The notes beneath the pieces are model-generated. The model did not search any database. It was not told where the DNA came from and saw only the letters and a list, made by a program, of their open reading frames with translations. Of a stretch of DNA of 49,900 nt, positions 25,363 to 36,246 are shown piece after piece (position 1 is the first letter of the stretch; each line of letters starts with the position of its first letter). The stretch is taken from assembly GCA_037441295.1 (NCBI GenBank), contig JBBISK010000001.1:1-49900 (forward strand). Reading direction: 5' to 3'. This DNA comes from Candidatus Aminicenantes bacterium (GTDB taxonomy: Bacteria; Acidobacteriota; Aminicenantia; Aminicenantales; Saccharicenantaceae). A program made the translations under genes and the position numbers.

Positions 25363-27324
25363 ATGGACAGAAGCACCTCCGTCCTCATCGTCGCGGCCAT
25401 CCTGGCCGCATCCGGCGCGGCGCCCGGACGGGCCGAAGACGGCCAGGCCAAGCCCGCCGCCTCGCTCCAGTACGACCTCGTCGTGACGGCGACGCGCGTC
25501 GAGACGCCCGGACGCGAGGTCGCGAGCTCCGTCACGGTCATCACGGCCGCGGAGCTCGCCCGGACGCGGCGGACGACTGTCCTCGACGCCCTGCGGGACG
25601 TCGTCGGGCTCTCGGTCATCCAGAACGGGGGCCCCGGGGCCACGGCCTCCGTCTCGATCCGCGGCGCGAACAACGAGCATACCCTCGTCCTTCTCGACGG
25701 CGTCGCCCTGAACGACCCCGTCAACCCCTCCCGGTCTTACGACCTCGCCCATATGTCCCTGGCCCAGGTCGAGCGCATCGAGATCCTGCGCGGGCCGCAG
25801 AGCCCCCTTTACGGGTCGGACGCGATGGGCGGGGTCATCAACATCATCACGCGGAAAGGCCGGGGCCGGCCCCGGCTCTCGCTCTCCGCCTCGGGCGGGA
25901 GCTACGGCACGGCCGGCGCCGACGCCGGCCTCTCCGGCTCGTCCGGCCGGGCCGATTATGCCTTCGGGCTGTCGGCCCTCAGCACGGCCGGGGTCTCCGC
26001 GGCCTCCTCCCGCTATCCCGGCAACAGCGAAAAGGACGGCTACCGCAACCTGACGCTCTCCGGGAGGGCAGGGTACGCCCTCCGGCCGAACCTCGACCTC
26101 GCCCTCACCGTCCGGGCCGTCTCCGCACGGACCGAGATCGACGCCTTCGGCGGCCCCTACGGCGACGACCCGAACGACCTCCAGTATTACCGGTCCGCTC
26201 TCGCCCGGGTCCTCCTCCGCGGCCTGTTCCTCGGCCAGCGCTGGGAGCAGAAGCTCTCGCTCGCCTGGGTCGGCTCGGACCGCAAGCTCGTGAACCCGGC
26301 GGACCCGGCGCATCCGCTCTCGAGCGAGTCGGGCGACTTCGCGAGCGGGCTCGTCCAGGCCGACTGGCAGAACAACCTCTTCCTCAGCCCGTCGCAGACG
26401 CTCACGGCCGGGCTCGAGCTCGGCCGCGAGCAAGCGCGGTCGGATTACGTCTCCACGGGCCCGGACGGGGCGTACGAGAGCTCGTTCCCCCGGGAGCGGG
26501 CCGAGGTCGCGGGCCTATACATCCAGGACCAGTGGAAGGCCGGGAACGCATTATTCCTCGCCGCGGGAGGCCGGCTCGACCTCCACAGCCGGACAGGGGC
26601 GGCCCTGACGTACCGCCTCGCCCCGGCCTTCGTCATCGAGCGGACGCGGACCAAGCTCAGGGCCACCCTCGGCACGGGCTTCAAGTCGCCCTCCCTCTAC
26701 CAGCTCTTCGCCCCGCCTACGGCCTGGGGCCCAATAGGCAACTCCCGCCTCCGTCCGGAGCGCGTGACCGGCTGGGACGCGGGCCTCGACCAGGACTTCC
26801 TGGCCGGGCGGGTTCGCCTCGGCCTGACGTACTTCGCCGATTCCTTCCGGGACCTCATCGACTTCGACTACCTCGCGGGCTACGTCAACATCGGCCGGGC
26901 CAGGACCCGCGGGCTCGAGCTATCGCTCGACGCGAGGCCGCTCGGGGCCGACCGCCCGCTGACCTTCCGGGCCGCCTACACCCGGCTCTCGGCCCGCGAC
27001 GAGATCTCGGGCGAGGCGCTCTTGCGCCGCCCCAAAGATAAGTTCACGGCCGAGTGCGGCACACGGCTCTTCCGGCGCTTCGACGTCACCGCCTCGCTCC
27101 TGGCCATGGGTCCGCGCCCCGACCGCGACTACAGCGCCCCTCCCTACCCGACCGTCGCCCTGCCCGGCTACCTCCTTCTCAACGCCGTCGTCTCGACGCC
27201 CGTCGGCCGTGACCTCGACCTCTTTGTCCGCCTCGACAACATCCTCAACACTCATTACGAGATGGTCTGGGGCTACGGGACGTACAGCTTCTCCCTCGTC
27301 GCCGGCGTCCGGCTCGGCCGCTAG
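25363..27324 (+). CDS. btuB: TonB-dependent receptor, vitamin B12 transporter BtuB-like
   Basis: Has a signal peptide and the plug domain VVTATRVETP...VTVITAAEL...LRDVVGLSV...SIRGA, followed by a beta-barrel. A B12 riboswitch lies upstream. Confidence 0.85.
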   Translation: MDRSTSVLIVAAILAASGAAPGRAEDGQAKPAASLQYDLVVTATRVETPGREVASSVTVITAAELARTRRTTVLDALRDVVGLSVIQNGGPGATASVSIRGANNEHTLVLLDGVALNDPVNPSRSYDLAHMSLAQVERIEILRGPQSPLYGSDAMGGVINIITRKGRGRPRLSLSASGGSYGTAGADAGLSGSSGRADYAFGLSALSTAGVSAASSRYPGNSEKDGYRNLTLSGRAGYALRPNLDLALTVRAVSARTEIDAFGGPYGDDPNDLQYYRSALARVLLRGLFLGQRWEQKLSLAWVGSDRKLVNPADPAHPLSSESGDFASGLVQADWQNNLFLSPSQTLTAGLELGREQARSDYVSTGPDGAYESSFPRERAEVAGLYIQDQWKAGNALFLAAGGRLDLHSRTGAALTYRLAPAFVIERTRTKLRATLGTGFKSPSLYQLFAPPTAWGPIGNSRLRPERVTGWDAGLDQDFLAGRVRLGLTYFADSFRDLIDFDYLAGYVNIGRARTRGLELSLDARPLGADRPLTFRAAYTRLSARDEISGEALLRRPKDKFTAECGTRLFRRFDVTASLLAMGPRPDRDYSAPPYPTVALPGYLLLNAVVSTPVGRDLDLFVRLDNILNTHYEMVWGYGTYSFSLVAGVRLGR

Positions 27325-27389
27325 GAGACCGGCCCGGAAGGCCGCGGCCTCGAGACGAGCCTGGTCGAGGTCTCGAAGGAGATCTAGCC

Positions 27390-29192
27390 CTACTCAGGCG
27401 AGCGGAAGCCGCGGACCGTCGCCGGCTTGAGAGCGCGGAGGTCGAAGACGATGACCTCGTTCGTCCCGACCTTGAGGAACGGCGCCGGGCAGTAGAGCCG
27501 CTTCTGCGGCCCGACGTCCCAGTAGCGGCCGAGATTGTGCCGGTTGACCCAGACGACCCCCTTCGACCAGCCGGACATGTCCAGGCAGGTGTCGCCGGTC
27601 TCCGCGAGCTCGAAGGCGCCGCGGAAGAAATTCCCCGGCCGCGTCGCCGCCGCCGGCCCGAACCTCAGGGCGGCGAGGTCGTCCTCCGCCATCGGCAGCG
27701 GATAGGCCTCCCAGTCCATGAGCGTCATGGCGTTGATGGTGACGCGGTCCGTGATCCCTTTGCGGTCGAGGAGGAGCGGGCCGTAATTGACCCGGCCCAT
27801 GGCTTCGACGAGGATATCGAGCGAGCCGTGGGGCGGATCGGACTTCGGGATGTCGAGGGCCGTCTCCTTCCTGCCCCGGTCGAGCGAGCCAACGTAGGCG
27901 CCGTCGACATAGATATTGGCATAGTCATGGAGATCGGTGAGGGTAAGCTTGCCGCCGTGGTGTCCGACGAGCTTGGTCCGGTAGAGGATGAAGCCCTGGT
28001 TCTGGCCGTAAGCCTCCATGGGCCAGGGCTGGGGGCTGCGGACCGCGGCCGGCAGGTTGTCGAAGAGGGAGGCCGACTCGCGGAATGCGACCTCCGGGAT
28101 GTCGATGGCCGGGAGGGGCCCGGGCAGGCCGGGAAGGACCGTGCCCTTGGGCTGGAATTTGGCCAGGGCGTCCCGAATGGCGAAGTACTTCGGCGTCGGC
28201 CGCCCCATCTCATCGAGCGGCGCGTCGTAATCGTAGCTCGTGACGTCCGGCTCGTACTTGTCGCTGAAGTTGGCCCCGGCCGTGAAGCCGAAGTTCGTTC
28301 CGCCGTGGAACATGTAGAAGTTGAACGACTTGCCGTTTTCGAGGAGCCAGCCGAGGTCGCGCAGGACCTCGGCGGTCCCGACCCGGGCCCACTTCTCGCC
28401 CCAATGCGTCAGCCAGCCCGGGTAGAGCTCGCTGCAGAAGACGGGAACGTTCGCGCCGAGCTTCGCGGCCTCGGCGAAGTCCCTGTCGCTCGTGCCCGGG
28501 TCGAGGCCGATGGCCGCGCCCGGGACCGTGCCCGCCTCGAGCATGGCCGGCGACGCGCCGTCCGCCGTATAGAACGGCCCCTCGACGCCCGCCTCCTCCC
28601 ACATCTTCTTGAGCGCGGCCGTGTAGCCCCGGTCGTTTCCGTAGCTCCCGTACTCGTTCTCGACCTGGACCATGAGGACCGGCCCGCCCCTCGCGCACAT
28701 CAGGCCGCGGACCTCGTCGGCGAGCCGGCGGATGTAGCTCCCGCAGGCCTCGAGGTAGCGGGGGTCCGCGCAGCGGACCTTGATGTCCGGCGTGCGAAGG
28801 AGCCAGGCGGGCAGGCCGCCGAAGTCCCATTCGGCGCACGCGTACGGCCCGGGCCTGAGGACGACCCACAGCCCGGCCCGCTGGGCGGTGCGGAGAAAGG
28901 CGGCCAGGTCGTTCATACCGGAGAAGTCCCACTGCCCTGGCTCGGGCTCGAGGGCGTTCCAGAAGACGTACGTGCAGACGGTGTTGAGCCCCGCGGCCCG
29001 GACCTTGACCAGCCGGTCCGCCCAGTATTCGCGCGGGATGCGCTGGAAATGGACCTCCCCGGCCATGATGCGGAAAGGCTTGCCGTTGAGGACGAAGGCG
29101 GCGCCCTCGAACCGGAAGCCCGGCGGCTTGGCGGCAGGAGCCGCGGCAACCATGGTCAGGATGGCAAGAGCGATCGCGGCCGTTCTCTTCAT
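27390..29192 (-). CDS. Secreted beta-galactosidase, glycoside hydrolase family 35
   Basis: Has a signal peptide. GH35 blocks are GEVHFQRIPREYWADRL, NTVCTYVFWNALEP and VQVENEYGSYG. Confidence 0.88.
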   Translation of the reverse strand: MKRTAAIALAILTMVAAAPAAKPPGFRFEGAAFVLNGKPFRIMAGEVHFQRIPREYWADRLVKVRAAGLNTVCTYVFWNALEPEPGQWDFSGMNDLAAFLRTAQRAGLWVVLRPGPYACAEWDFGGLPAWLLRTPDIKVRCADPRYLEACGSYIRRLADEVRGLMCARGGPVLMVQVENEYGSYGNDRGYTAALKKMWEEAGVEGPFYTADGASPAMLEAGTVPGAAIGLDPGTSDRDFAEAAKLGANVPVFCSELYPGWLTHWGEKWARVGTAEVLRDLGWLLENGKSFNFYMFHGGTNFGFTAGANFSDKYEPDVTSYDYDAPLDEMGRPTPKYFAIRDALAKFQPKGTVLPGLPGPLPAIDIPEVAFRESASLFDNLPAAVRSPQPWPMEAYGQNQGFILYRTKLVGHHGGKLTLTDLHDYANIYVDGAYVGSLDRGRKETALDIPKSDPPHGSLDILVEAMGRVNYGPLLLDRKGITDRVTINAMTLMDWEAYPLPMAEDDLAALRFGPAAATRPGNFFRGAFELAETGDTCLDMSGWSKGVVWVNRHNLGRYWDVGPQKRLYCPAPFLKVGTNEVIVFDLRALKPATVRGFRSPE

Positions 29193-29323
29193 GGCGCCCT
29201 CCGTTTCGTCGTCCCTCGTCGCGCCCGGGATTCTATCATAAGCCAGCGGGACTGTCCCCGAGAGTGGGATAGTCCCTCTTGGGGGCTTTGACTTTCCGGC
29301 CCGGCCCCATTAAACTGCCCCCG

Positions 29324-31708
29324 ATGGACAGCAGCCGTTCCAAAGGCCAAAGGCGCTCGACGCTCGCCCTGGTTGGGATGGCGGCGCTCTTCCTGGCCGT
29401 CACCGCGCTCCGCCCGCAGTCATCGGACCCAGTCCGGCGCGCCTATCCGGAGACGATCCCCCCGGACGTTTCTTTCGAGACCGTCGTCTCGAGCCAACCC
29501 TTCCCGCCGGTCAAGTACCCCGTGCCCATCATCGGCTGGAAGGACCACCCCGAGGAGGTCCACGTGGCGCCGAACGGCGCCCTGGTCTTTCCCCGGGATA
29601 ACGTCCCCGGCGGGCTCTACCTCCTGCCGCGCCTCCGGGCCGGCGCCGGACCCGAACTCCTCGACCCGAACGCCGTCACCCAGGACCTCGTCGACGGCTA
29701 TCTCCCGGGCGTCCGGAGCGCCTGGCGGGCGGGGGCGTTCACGGTCCGGGAGCTCGCCTTCGCCACCCTGCTCGAAAACCCCTCCGTCCGGACCGGCCGG
29801 GAGACGCTGCTCACCGCCGCCCGCTGGACGGTGAAGAACGAGTCGGCCCGGGCCGTAGCCGTGCGCCTGTCCTTCCTCGTCGGGTGGGCCGCGCCTGAGC
29901 TCAGCCTGTTCAAGCTCCCCCCGTCCTACCCAGGGAAGCTCTCCTTCCGCAGCCCCTTCGTCCTCGACCACAACGGCCGCATCCTCCTTCGCGTGAACGC
30001 GCCCGGCTCGGCCGTCGTCCTCTCCCCCGCCCCGTCGAAGGGGGACGCCGGCGGGACGGCCCAAGATGAGCTCGACGTCGACGTCCGGCTGAAGCCGGGC
30101 GAGGAGAAGACGGTCGACCTCTTCATCCCCTACTTCCCGATCGTCATCGAGAAGTTCGGGGAGATGGAGCGCCTGGCCGTCGCCCCTCAGCTCGAGGTTT
30201 TCCGCAATTTCTGGACCCGCGAGCTCAACCGGCGGGCCGAGTTCGCCGTCCCGGAGAAGCGCGTCCGCGACTCCTACCGGGCCTCGCTCGCCTACAATAT
30301 GATCCTCGTCGACCGCGACCCGAAGGGCTTCCTGGTGCCGCACCCGGACGCGACGGCCTACGAGCACGCCTGGGCCGGCGACAGCGGCTGCATCATCCAG
30401 GCCGCCGACCGGCTCGGCTATCACGAGGAGGCCGCCGACTACCTGAGCTACTTCCTCGCGCGACAAGGCCTGCGCAAGCCCGACGGCGATGTCTCCTCGG
30501 CCGACGGCTTCTTCTCGGGCGACGTCCCGGGCGTGTGCTGGATGGGCGACAACGGCTTCATCCTCTGGGCCCTCGCCGAACACTACAAGCTCACCGGCGA
30601 CCTCCTCTGGCTGAAAAAAGTCGCCCCCCGCATGATCAGGTCCTGCGACTGGATCATCCGGGAGCGGGCCCGGACGAAGGCCGGAGCGGCGCCGGGCTCC
30701 GAGCGTCCCCGCCACTACGGCCTCCTGCCCAAGGGCCGGGCCTCGGACAACGACGAGCTCGATTACTTCTACTGGACGGACACCTATTCGTACGCCGGCC
30801 TCAGGGGCACGGCCGACGTCCTGCCCGAGGTCGGCATGACCAAGGAGGCCGCCCGTCTGCGGGCCGAGGCCGACGACTACAAGGCCTGCATCCTGGAGTC
30901 GGTCGAGAGGTCGATCGTCAGGGACGCCGACCCGCCCTTCGTGCCGCAGGGGCCGTACATGAACACGCCGCCCACGGCCGAGCACCTCGCCGCGAGCTGG
31001 TACAGCATCTGCAGCCCGGTCTACATGGTCGAGATGGGCCTTTTCGGCGCCGACGACCCGAAGACGACATGGGTCAACCGGACGATCGAGAAGTATGTCA
31101 TGACGACCGGCCTGCCGACGATCGTCCGCCCCGGCTATATCGACCCCCACTACGTCTACAACCAGGCGCTGAGCCAGCTCCTGCGGGGCGAGACGGAGAA
31201 GTTCCTCTGGACCTTCTACAGCCTCTTCGCCTACGGCCAGGCCCGGTCGACCTACGCGACGCTCGAAGGGAACGACATCGTGACCGGCTTGTCGAGCGAC
31301 GCTTGGGATTCCCTCCGCATGCCGCACATGCATTCGGCGAGCCGCGTCCTGGCCATGCTGCGGATCGCCCTCCTCCTCGAGGACGGCGAAACCCTGCATC
31401 TCCTGGCCGGCACACCGCGGAGCTGGCTCGCGCCCGGCCGGACGATCGAGGTCCGGCGGGCGCCGACCCACTTCGGCGAGGCCGGCCTTCGCTGCGTTTC
31501 CCGCAGCTCGGGCCGCGAGATCACGGTCGTCGTCGACCCGCCCGTCCGCAGGCGGGCCCGCGTCGTCCTCCACGTCCGTCCGCCCTCGGCCTTCGGCCCG
31601 GCGAAGAGCGTCGCGGTCAACGGGAAGCCGTGGGCGGGCGTCAGCGGCGAAGCCGTCGACCTGGGACAGCTCGCGTCACGGGCGGTCGTCGTCTGCAGGT
31701 ACCAGTGA
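29324..31708 (+). CDS. Hypothetical exported/anchored protein, possibly an (alpha/alpha)6 glycoside-hydrolase-like fold
   Basis: Start at MDSSRSKGQRRSTLALVGMAALFLAV. Length is 794 aa. The function guess rests only on context (GH35 neighbour) and weak resemblance, e.g. AWAGDSGCIIQAADRLGYHEEA. Confidence 0.45.
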   Translation: MDSSRSKGQRRSTLALVGMAALFLAVTALRPQSSDPVRRAYPETIPPDVSFETVVSSQPFPPVKYPVPIIGWKDHPEEVHVAPNGALVFPRDNVPGGLYLLPRLRAGAGPELLDPNAVTQDLVDGYLPGVRSAWRAGAFTVRELAFATLLENPSVRTGRETLLTAARWTVKNESARAVAVRLSFLVGWAAPELSLFKLPPSYPGKLSFRSPFVLDHNGRILLRVNAPGSAVVLSPAPSKGDAGGTAQDELDVDVRLKPGEEKTVDLFIPYFPIVIEKFGEMERLAVAPQLEVFRNFWTRELNRRAEFAVPEKRVRDSYRASLAYNMILVDRDPKGFLVPHPDATAYEHAWAGDSGCIIQAADRLGYHEEAADYLSYFLARQGLRKPDGDVSSADGFFSGDVPGVCWMGDNGFILWALAEHYKLTGDLLWLKKVAPRMIRSCDWIIRERARTKAGAAPGSERPRHYGLLPKGRASDNDELDYFYWTDTYSYAGLRGTADVLPEVGMTKEAARLRAEADDYKACILESVERSIVRDADPPFVPQGPYMNTPPTAEHLAASWYSICSPVYMVEMGLFGADDPKTTWVNRTIEKYVMTTGLPTIVRPGYIDPHYVYNQALSQLLRGETEKFLWTFYSLFAYGQARSTYATLEGNDIVTGLSSDAWDSLRMPHMHSASRVLAMLRIALLLEDGETLHLLAGTPRSWLAPGRTIEVRRAPTHFGEAGLRCVSRSSGREITVVVDPPVRRRARVVLHVRPPSAFGPAKSVAVNGKPWAGVSGEAVDLGQLASRAVVVCRYQ

Positions 31709-31739
31709 GGCCGGCCATACCCACTCTCCGGAGGTCCCC

Positions 31740-33029
31740 ATGAGGCTCCCGAAGGCACCCGCCCCCGTCATCGCCATCCTGCTCGCGGCCGCGGCCGTCG
31801 CCGCGCCGCCCCTTGCCGGCCAGGCCGACAAGCCCTCTTCCGGCTTCGGCATCTCCTTTTCCGGCTACGTCAAGACCGACATCTTCTACGACTCGCGGCA
31901 GACGGTGAACATCCGCGAGGGCCATTACCTCCTCTTTCCCAAGGAGCCATCCCTCGACCCGCTCGGCCGAGACATCAACGCCAAGTCGAGCTTCAACATC
32001 CTGTCCATCCAAACCCGCCTGGCCGGCAAGATCACCGGGCCGGACGTCCTCGGCGCCAAGACCTCCGCCTACATCGAGACGGAGTTCTTCGGCACGTCCG
32101 ACGCCGACCTCAACGGCTTCCGGCTCCGCCATGCCTTCCTGACCCTCAAGTGGCCGAGGTCCGAGCTCACGATCGGTCAGTTCTGGCACCCGATGTTCGT
32201 CACCGACTGTTATCCGGACGTCGTGTCCTTCAACACGGGCTCGCCGTTCCAGCCGTTCAATCGGAGCCCGCAGGTCAGGTTCACCCGGACGTTCGGCGGG
32301 CTGAGCGTCTCCGCCACGGCCCTCGCCCAGCGGGACTTCGTCTCGAACGGCCCGCAGGGGGCGAGCTCGGTCTACCTGCGGAACGCCGCGCTGCCAGAGG
32401 TCAACCTCAAGCTCCAGTACGCGAAGGCCAACGCGGCGGCAAAGACGGAGACGGTCGCCGGGGCCGAGGCGGACTTCCTGAAGCTCGTCCCCCGGCTGGC
32501 GACCGCCTCGGGCTACAAGACGGACGAGTCCGTGACCAGCCTCGCCGGCCTGGCCTATCTCAAGGTCAAGCGGCCGCGATGGACCTTCAAAGCCGAGGGT
32601 GTCTACGGCTCGAACCTCTACCATCTGACGATGCAAGGCGGCTACGCCGTCCGCGACGAGGTCGTCCTCTCCGACTCCGTCCCCGACGCTTGGGCTTATT
32701 CGCCCACGTACGGCCTGTCCGTGTGGTCCGAGGTCCAGACGAACGGCGCCCCATGGCAGGCGGGGCTCTTCGCGGGCTACTTCAGGAACTACGGGGCCCG
32801 GGCCGCGCTCGCCCCGGTCGCCGCGGAGGTCTTTTCCAGGGGCTACAACATCGCCGACCTCTACCGGGTCTCGCCCCGGCTCCTCTACAACGTCGGCAAG
32901 ATGCGCTTCGCCGCCGAGGCCGAGCTGACGGGCGCCGCCTACGGCACGCCCGACGCCTTTGGCGAGGTCCGGGGGGCCAAGACGGTCACGAACCTCCGAC
33001 TGCTCCTCGCGGCGTACTACTTTTTCTAG
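31740..33029 (+). CDS. Putative outer-membrane beta-barrel porin
   Basis: Has a signal peptide, alternating beta-strand pattern, and a C-terminal LLLAAYYFF ending in aromatic residues. Confidence 0.6.
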   Translation: MRLPKAPAPVIAILLAAAAVAAPPLAGQADKPSSGFGISFSGYVKTDIFYDSRQTVNIREGHYLLFPKEPSLDPLGRDINAKSSFNILSIQTRLAGKITGPDVLGAKTSAYIETEFFGTSDADLNGFRLRHAFLTLKWPRSELTIGQFWHPMFVTDCYPDVVSFNTGSPFQPFNRSPQVRFTRTFGGLSVSATALAQRDFVSNGPQGASSVYLRNAALPEVNLKLQYAKANAAAKTETVAGAEADFLKLVPRLATASGYKTDESVTSLAGLAYLKVKRPRWTFKAEGVYGSNLYHLTMQGGYAVRDEVVLSDSVPDAWAYSPTYGLSVWSEVQTNGAPWQAGLFAGYFRNYGARAALAPVAAEVFSRGYNIADLYRVSPRLLYNVGKMRFAAEAELTGAAYGTPDAFGEVRGAKTVTNLRLLLAAYYFF

Positions 33030-33044
33030 AAGGAGACAGCCGCG

Positions 33045-34934
33045 ATGTCCGTGAAGCCCGCCCGTCCCGTCCCGAGCGATATCGAGATTGCCCAGGCCGC
33101 GACCTTGCTCCCGATCGTCAAGGTCGCCCAGGGCATCGGCCTCGGCGAGGACGACCTCGACCTCTACGGCAAGCATAAGGCCAAGGTCCATCTCGATGTG
33201 CTCTCCCGGATCCAGGACCGCCCCCAGGGCCGTTACGTGGATGTGACGGCCATCACGCCGACGCCGCTCGGCGAGGGCAAGACGACGACGACCGTCGGCC
33301 TCAGTCAGGCCCTCGGCGCGCACCTCGGGAAGAAGGTCGTGACCGTCGTCCGCCAGCCGAGCATGGGCCCGACCTTCGGCATCAAGGGCGGCGCCGCGGG
33401 GGGCGGATACTCCCAGATCGTGCCCATGGAGGACTTCAACCTCCACCTGACGGGTGACATCCATGCCGTCACGATTGCCCACGACCTGCTGGCCGCGGCC
33501 ATCGACGCCCGGATCCTCCATGAATATCACCAGGAAGACGCGGGGCTTTTCGATGCTTTTTGTCCTCCCGACAAGAGGGGCGAGCGTCGCTTCTCCCCAA
33601 CCATGCTCCGCCGCCTCGAGAAGCTGGGAATTGCCAAGACGAACCCGTCGGACCTAACGCCCGAAGGAAAGCGTCGCATCTTCCGCCTCGACATCGACCC
33701 GGCGAGCATCACCTGGAACCGGGTCATCGATGTCAACGACCGCTTCCTTCGCCGGATCAGGATCGGACTCGGGCCCGAAGAGCTGGGCTTGGAGCGCGTG
33801 ACCGGCTACGATATCTCGGCCGCCTCGGAGATCATGGCCATCCTGGCCTTGACGACGGGCCTCGCCGACATGAGGGAACGGCTGGGCCGGATGTTGGTCG
33901 GCACCAGCAAGGCGGGCGAGGCCATCACCGCCGAGGACCTTGGCGTCGCCGGCGCCCTGGCCGTTCTGATGAAGGACGCCATCATGCCCAACCTCATGCA
34001 GACGCTCGAGAACACCCCGGCCATCGTCCACGCCGGGCCCTTCGCCAACATCGCCCACGGCAACTCCTCGATCATCGCCGACCAGATGGCGCTCCGGCTC
34101 GTCGGTGAGGACGGCTATGTCCTCACGGAATCCGGGTTCGGGGCCGACTGCGGCATGGAAAAGTTCATGAACATCAAGTGCCGTGTGAGCGGCCTCGTCC
34201 CGAGCTGCGTCGTCATCGTGGCCACTATCCGGGCCCTCAAGATGCACGGCGGGGGCCCCAAGGTCGTGGCCGGGAAGCCCCTGGCCCCGGCCTATACCGA
34301 CGAGAACCTCGACCTCCTGGGCAAGGGGTTGCCCAACATGGTCGCCCACATCAAGAACACCTTGCGATTCGGGGTGCCGGCCGTCGTCGCCGTGAACCGG
34401 TTCGTCACGGACACCGACGCCGAGATCCAAATGGTGCGCCAGGCGGCCGTCGCCGCCGGGGCCGAGGACGCCGTCATGGCGGATCATTGGGCGCAAGGAG
34501 GGGCGGGGGCGGTCGACCTGGCCAGAGCCGTCATCGAGGCTTGCCGGAAGCCGTCGCGTTTCCGCTTTCTCTATCCCCTCGAATGGGACATCAAGAAGAA
34601 GATCGAGACGATCGCCACCGAGATCTACGGCGCCGATGGCGTGGACTACGAACCGGCGGCCGAGGCCAAGATCGAGCTTTACACCCGCCTCGGCTTCGGC
34701 AAGCTGCCCATTTGCATGGCCAAGACCCACCTCAGCCTGAGCCACAACCCGACTCTGAAGGGGGTGCCGAAGAACTTCCGTGTGCCCGTCCGGGACATCA
34801 AGGCCAGCGTCGGGGCCGGCTTTCTCTACCCGCTTTGCGGGGACATGAGGACCATGCCCGGTCTGCCGACACGCCCGGCCTTTTACGATGTCGACCTCGA
34901 CCTCGCCACGGGCAAGGTCGTGGGCCTGTTGTGA
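33045..34934 (+). CDS. fhs: Formate--tetrahydrofolate ligase (long, eukaryote-like form)
   Basis: Motifs are [41 protein letters not shown] and TMPGLPTRP. Length is 629 aa. Confidence 0.93.
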   Translation: MSVKPARPVPSDIEIAQAATLLPIVKVAQGIGLGEDDLDLYGKHKAKVHLDVLSRIQDRPQGRYVDVTAITPTPLGEGKTTTTVGLSQALGAHLGKKVVTVVRQPSMGPTFGIKGGAAGGGYSQIVPMEDFNLHLTGDIHAVTIAHDLLAAAIDARILHEYHQEDAGLFDAFCPPDKRGERRFSPTMLRRLEKLGIAKTNPSDLTPEGKRRIFRLDIDPASITWNRVIDVNDRFLRRIRIGLGPEELGLERVTGYDISAASEIMAILALTTGLADMRERLGRMLVGTSKAGEAITAEDLGVAGALAVLMKDAIMPNLMQTLENTPAIVHAGPFANIAHGNSSIIADQMALRLVGEDGYVLTESGFGADCGMEKFMNIKCRVSGLVPSCVVIVATIRALKMHGGGPKVVAGKPLAPAYTDENLDLLGKGLPNMVAHIKNTLRFGVPAVVAVNRFVTDTDAEIQMVRQAAVAAGAEDAVMADHWAQGGAGAVDLARAVIEACRKPSRFRFLYPLEWDIKKKIETIATEIYGADGVDYEPAAEAKIELYTRLGFGKLPICMAKTHLSLSHNPTLKGVPKNFRVPVRDIKASVGAGFLYPLCGDMRTMPGLPTRPAFYDVDLDLATGKVVGLL

Positions 34935-34948
34935 ATCGGAGAGAGCTC

Positions 34949-36220
34949 ATGTCGACAGCCAAGCGCATGACCCGCCGTCGGTTCATCGGCCGGACGATCG
35001 CGGCCGGAGCGGCCCTGACCATCGTCCCCCGCCGCGTCCTCGGCGGGCCGGGCTACACGCCCCCGAGCGACATTCTGACCAAGGCCGTCGTCGGCGTCGG
35101 CGGCATGGGCCGGGCCCACCTCGGCTATCCCGGCTCCGTCCTCGTCGCCGTCTGCGACGTCGACGCCGGCCACCTCCGGACCGCGCTCGAGCTGGCCGGT
35201 CCCGGCGTCAGGGGTTACCACGACTTCCGCGAGGTCCTCGAGCGGCCCGGCGTCGACATCGTCCACATCGCGACACCGCCCCACTGGCACGCCCTGATCT
35301 CCATCGCCGCGGCCGAGGCCGGCAAGGACATTTGGTGCGAGAAGCCCATGACCCGGACGATCGCCGAGGGCCGCGAGGTCGTCCACGCCGTCGGACGGAA
35401 CGGCCGCATCTTCCGCGTCAACACCTGGTTCCGGTTCGAAGACGTGTTTTACGGGTTCGGCACGGACGTGCGGCCCGTCAAGAAGGTCGTCCAGAGCGGC
35501 CTCCTCGGCTGGCCGCTCAAGGTCACCGTCAGCGCGACGACGGGCTTCGACTGGAAGTTCTACTGGAGCGGCCGGACGGACCTCCGGCCCGAGCCCGTGC
35601 CGCCGGAGCTCGACTACGACTTCTGGCTCGGTCCGGCACCCTGGAAGCCCTATCACCCTCATCGCGTCCACGGCACTTTCCGCGGCTACTGGGACTACGA
35701 CGGCGGCGGCCTCGGCGACATGGGCATGCACTACCTCGACCCGGTCCAGTACCTGCTCGGCAAGGACGAGACGAGCCCGGTCGAGGTCTGGGCCGACGCG
35801 CCGCAGCAGCATCCCGACGCCTGCGGCTCCTGGCGCCGGATCGAGATGAAGTACGCCGACGGCTGCACCATCGTCCTCGACGGGGAGAACAGGGATACCC
35901 GGGCCGCCTTCCTCGAGGGCCCGGCCGGGAAGCTCTTCCGCGGCTTCGAGTCCGACATCCCCGGCCTGAAGGACAAGGTCGCCGGACTGCCGGACCCCGA
36001 GCCCCAGGTCACGGACTTCGCCGAGGCCGTGCGGAAGCGCCGCCGCTTCGCCCTTAACGAGCGCAACGGTCACCGCTCATGCACGCTCGTCAACCTCGGC
36101 AAGATCGCCGTCCAGCTCGGACGGCCGCTCCGATTCGACCCGGAGCGGCAGACGTTCATCGGGGACGAGGAGGCCGACCGCCTGGCCGGCCAGCCCATGC
36201 GGGCCCCCTGGCACCTGTGA
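34949..36220 (+). CDS. Gfo/Idh/MocA-family oxidoreductase with twin-arginine signal
   Basis: The internal start gives MSTAKRMTRRRFIGRTIAAGAAL, a Tat motif. Other blocks are the Rossmann VVGVGGMGRAH and CEKPM. The upstream part of ORF 34178..36220 overlaps fhs. Confidence 0.85.
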   Translation: MSTAKRMTRRRFIGRTIAAGAALTIVPRRVLGGPGYTPPSDILTKAVVGVGGMGRAHLGYPGSVLVAVCDVDAGHLRTALELAGPGVRGYHDFREVLERPGVDIVHIATPPHWHALISIAAAEAGKDIWCEKPMTRTIAEGREVVHAVGRNGRIFRVNTWFRFEDVFYGFGTDVRPVKKVVQSGLLGWPLKVTVSATTGFDWKFYWSGRTDLRPEPVPPELDYDFWLGPAPWKPYHPHRVHGTFRGYWDYDGGGLGDMGMHYLDPVQYLLGKDETSPVEVWADAPQQHPDACGSWRRIEMKYADGCTIVLDGENRDTRAAFLEGPAGKLFRGFESDIPGLKDKVAGLPDPEPQVTDFAEAVRKRRRFALNERNGHRSCTLVNLGKIAVQLGRPLRFDPERQTFIGDEEADRLAGQPMRAPWHL

Positions 36221-36246
36221 GCGCCGTGAGCGCGAGGAGAGGGACC

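Noticed and set aside
27325-27389. A possible bidirectional terminator between convergent btuB and GH35 (TCGAGAC...GTCTCGA and GGCCGCGGCC palindromes).
   Set aside because: The stems are short and imperfect with no U-tract on either strand. This is too weak to call as a feature.
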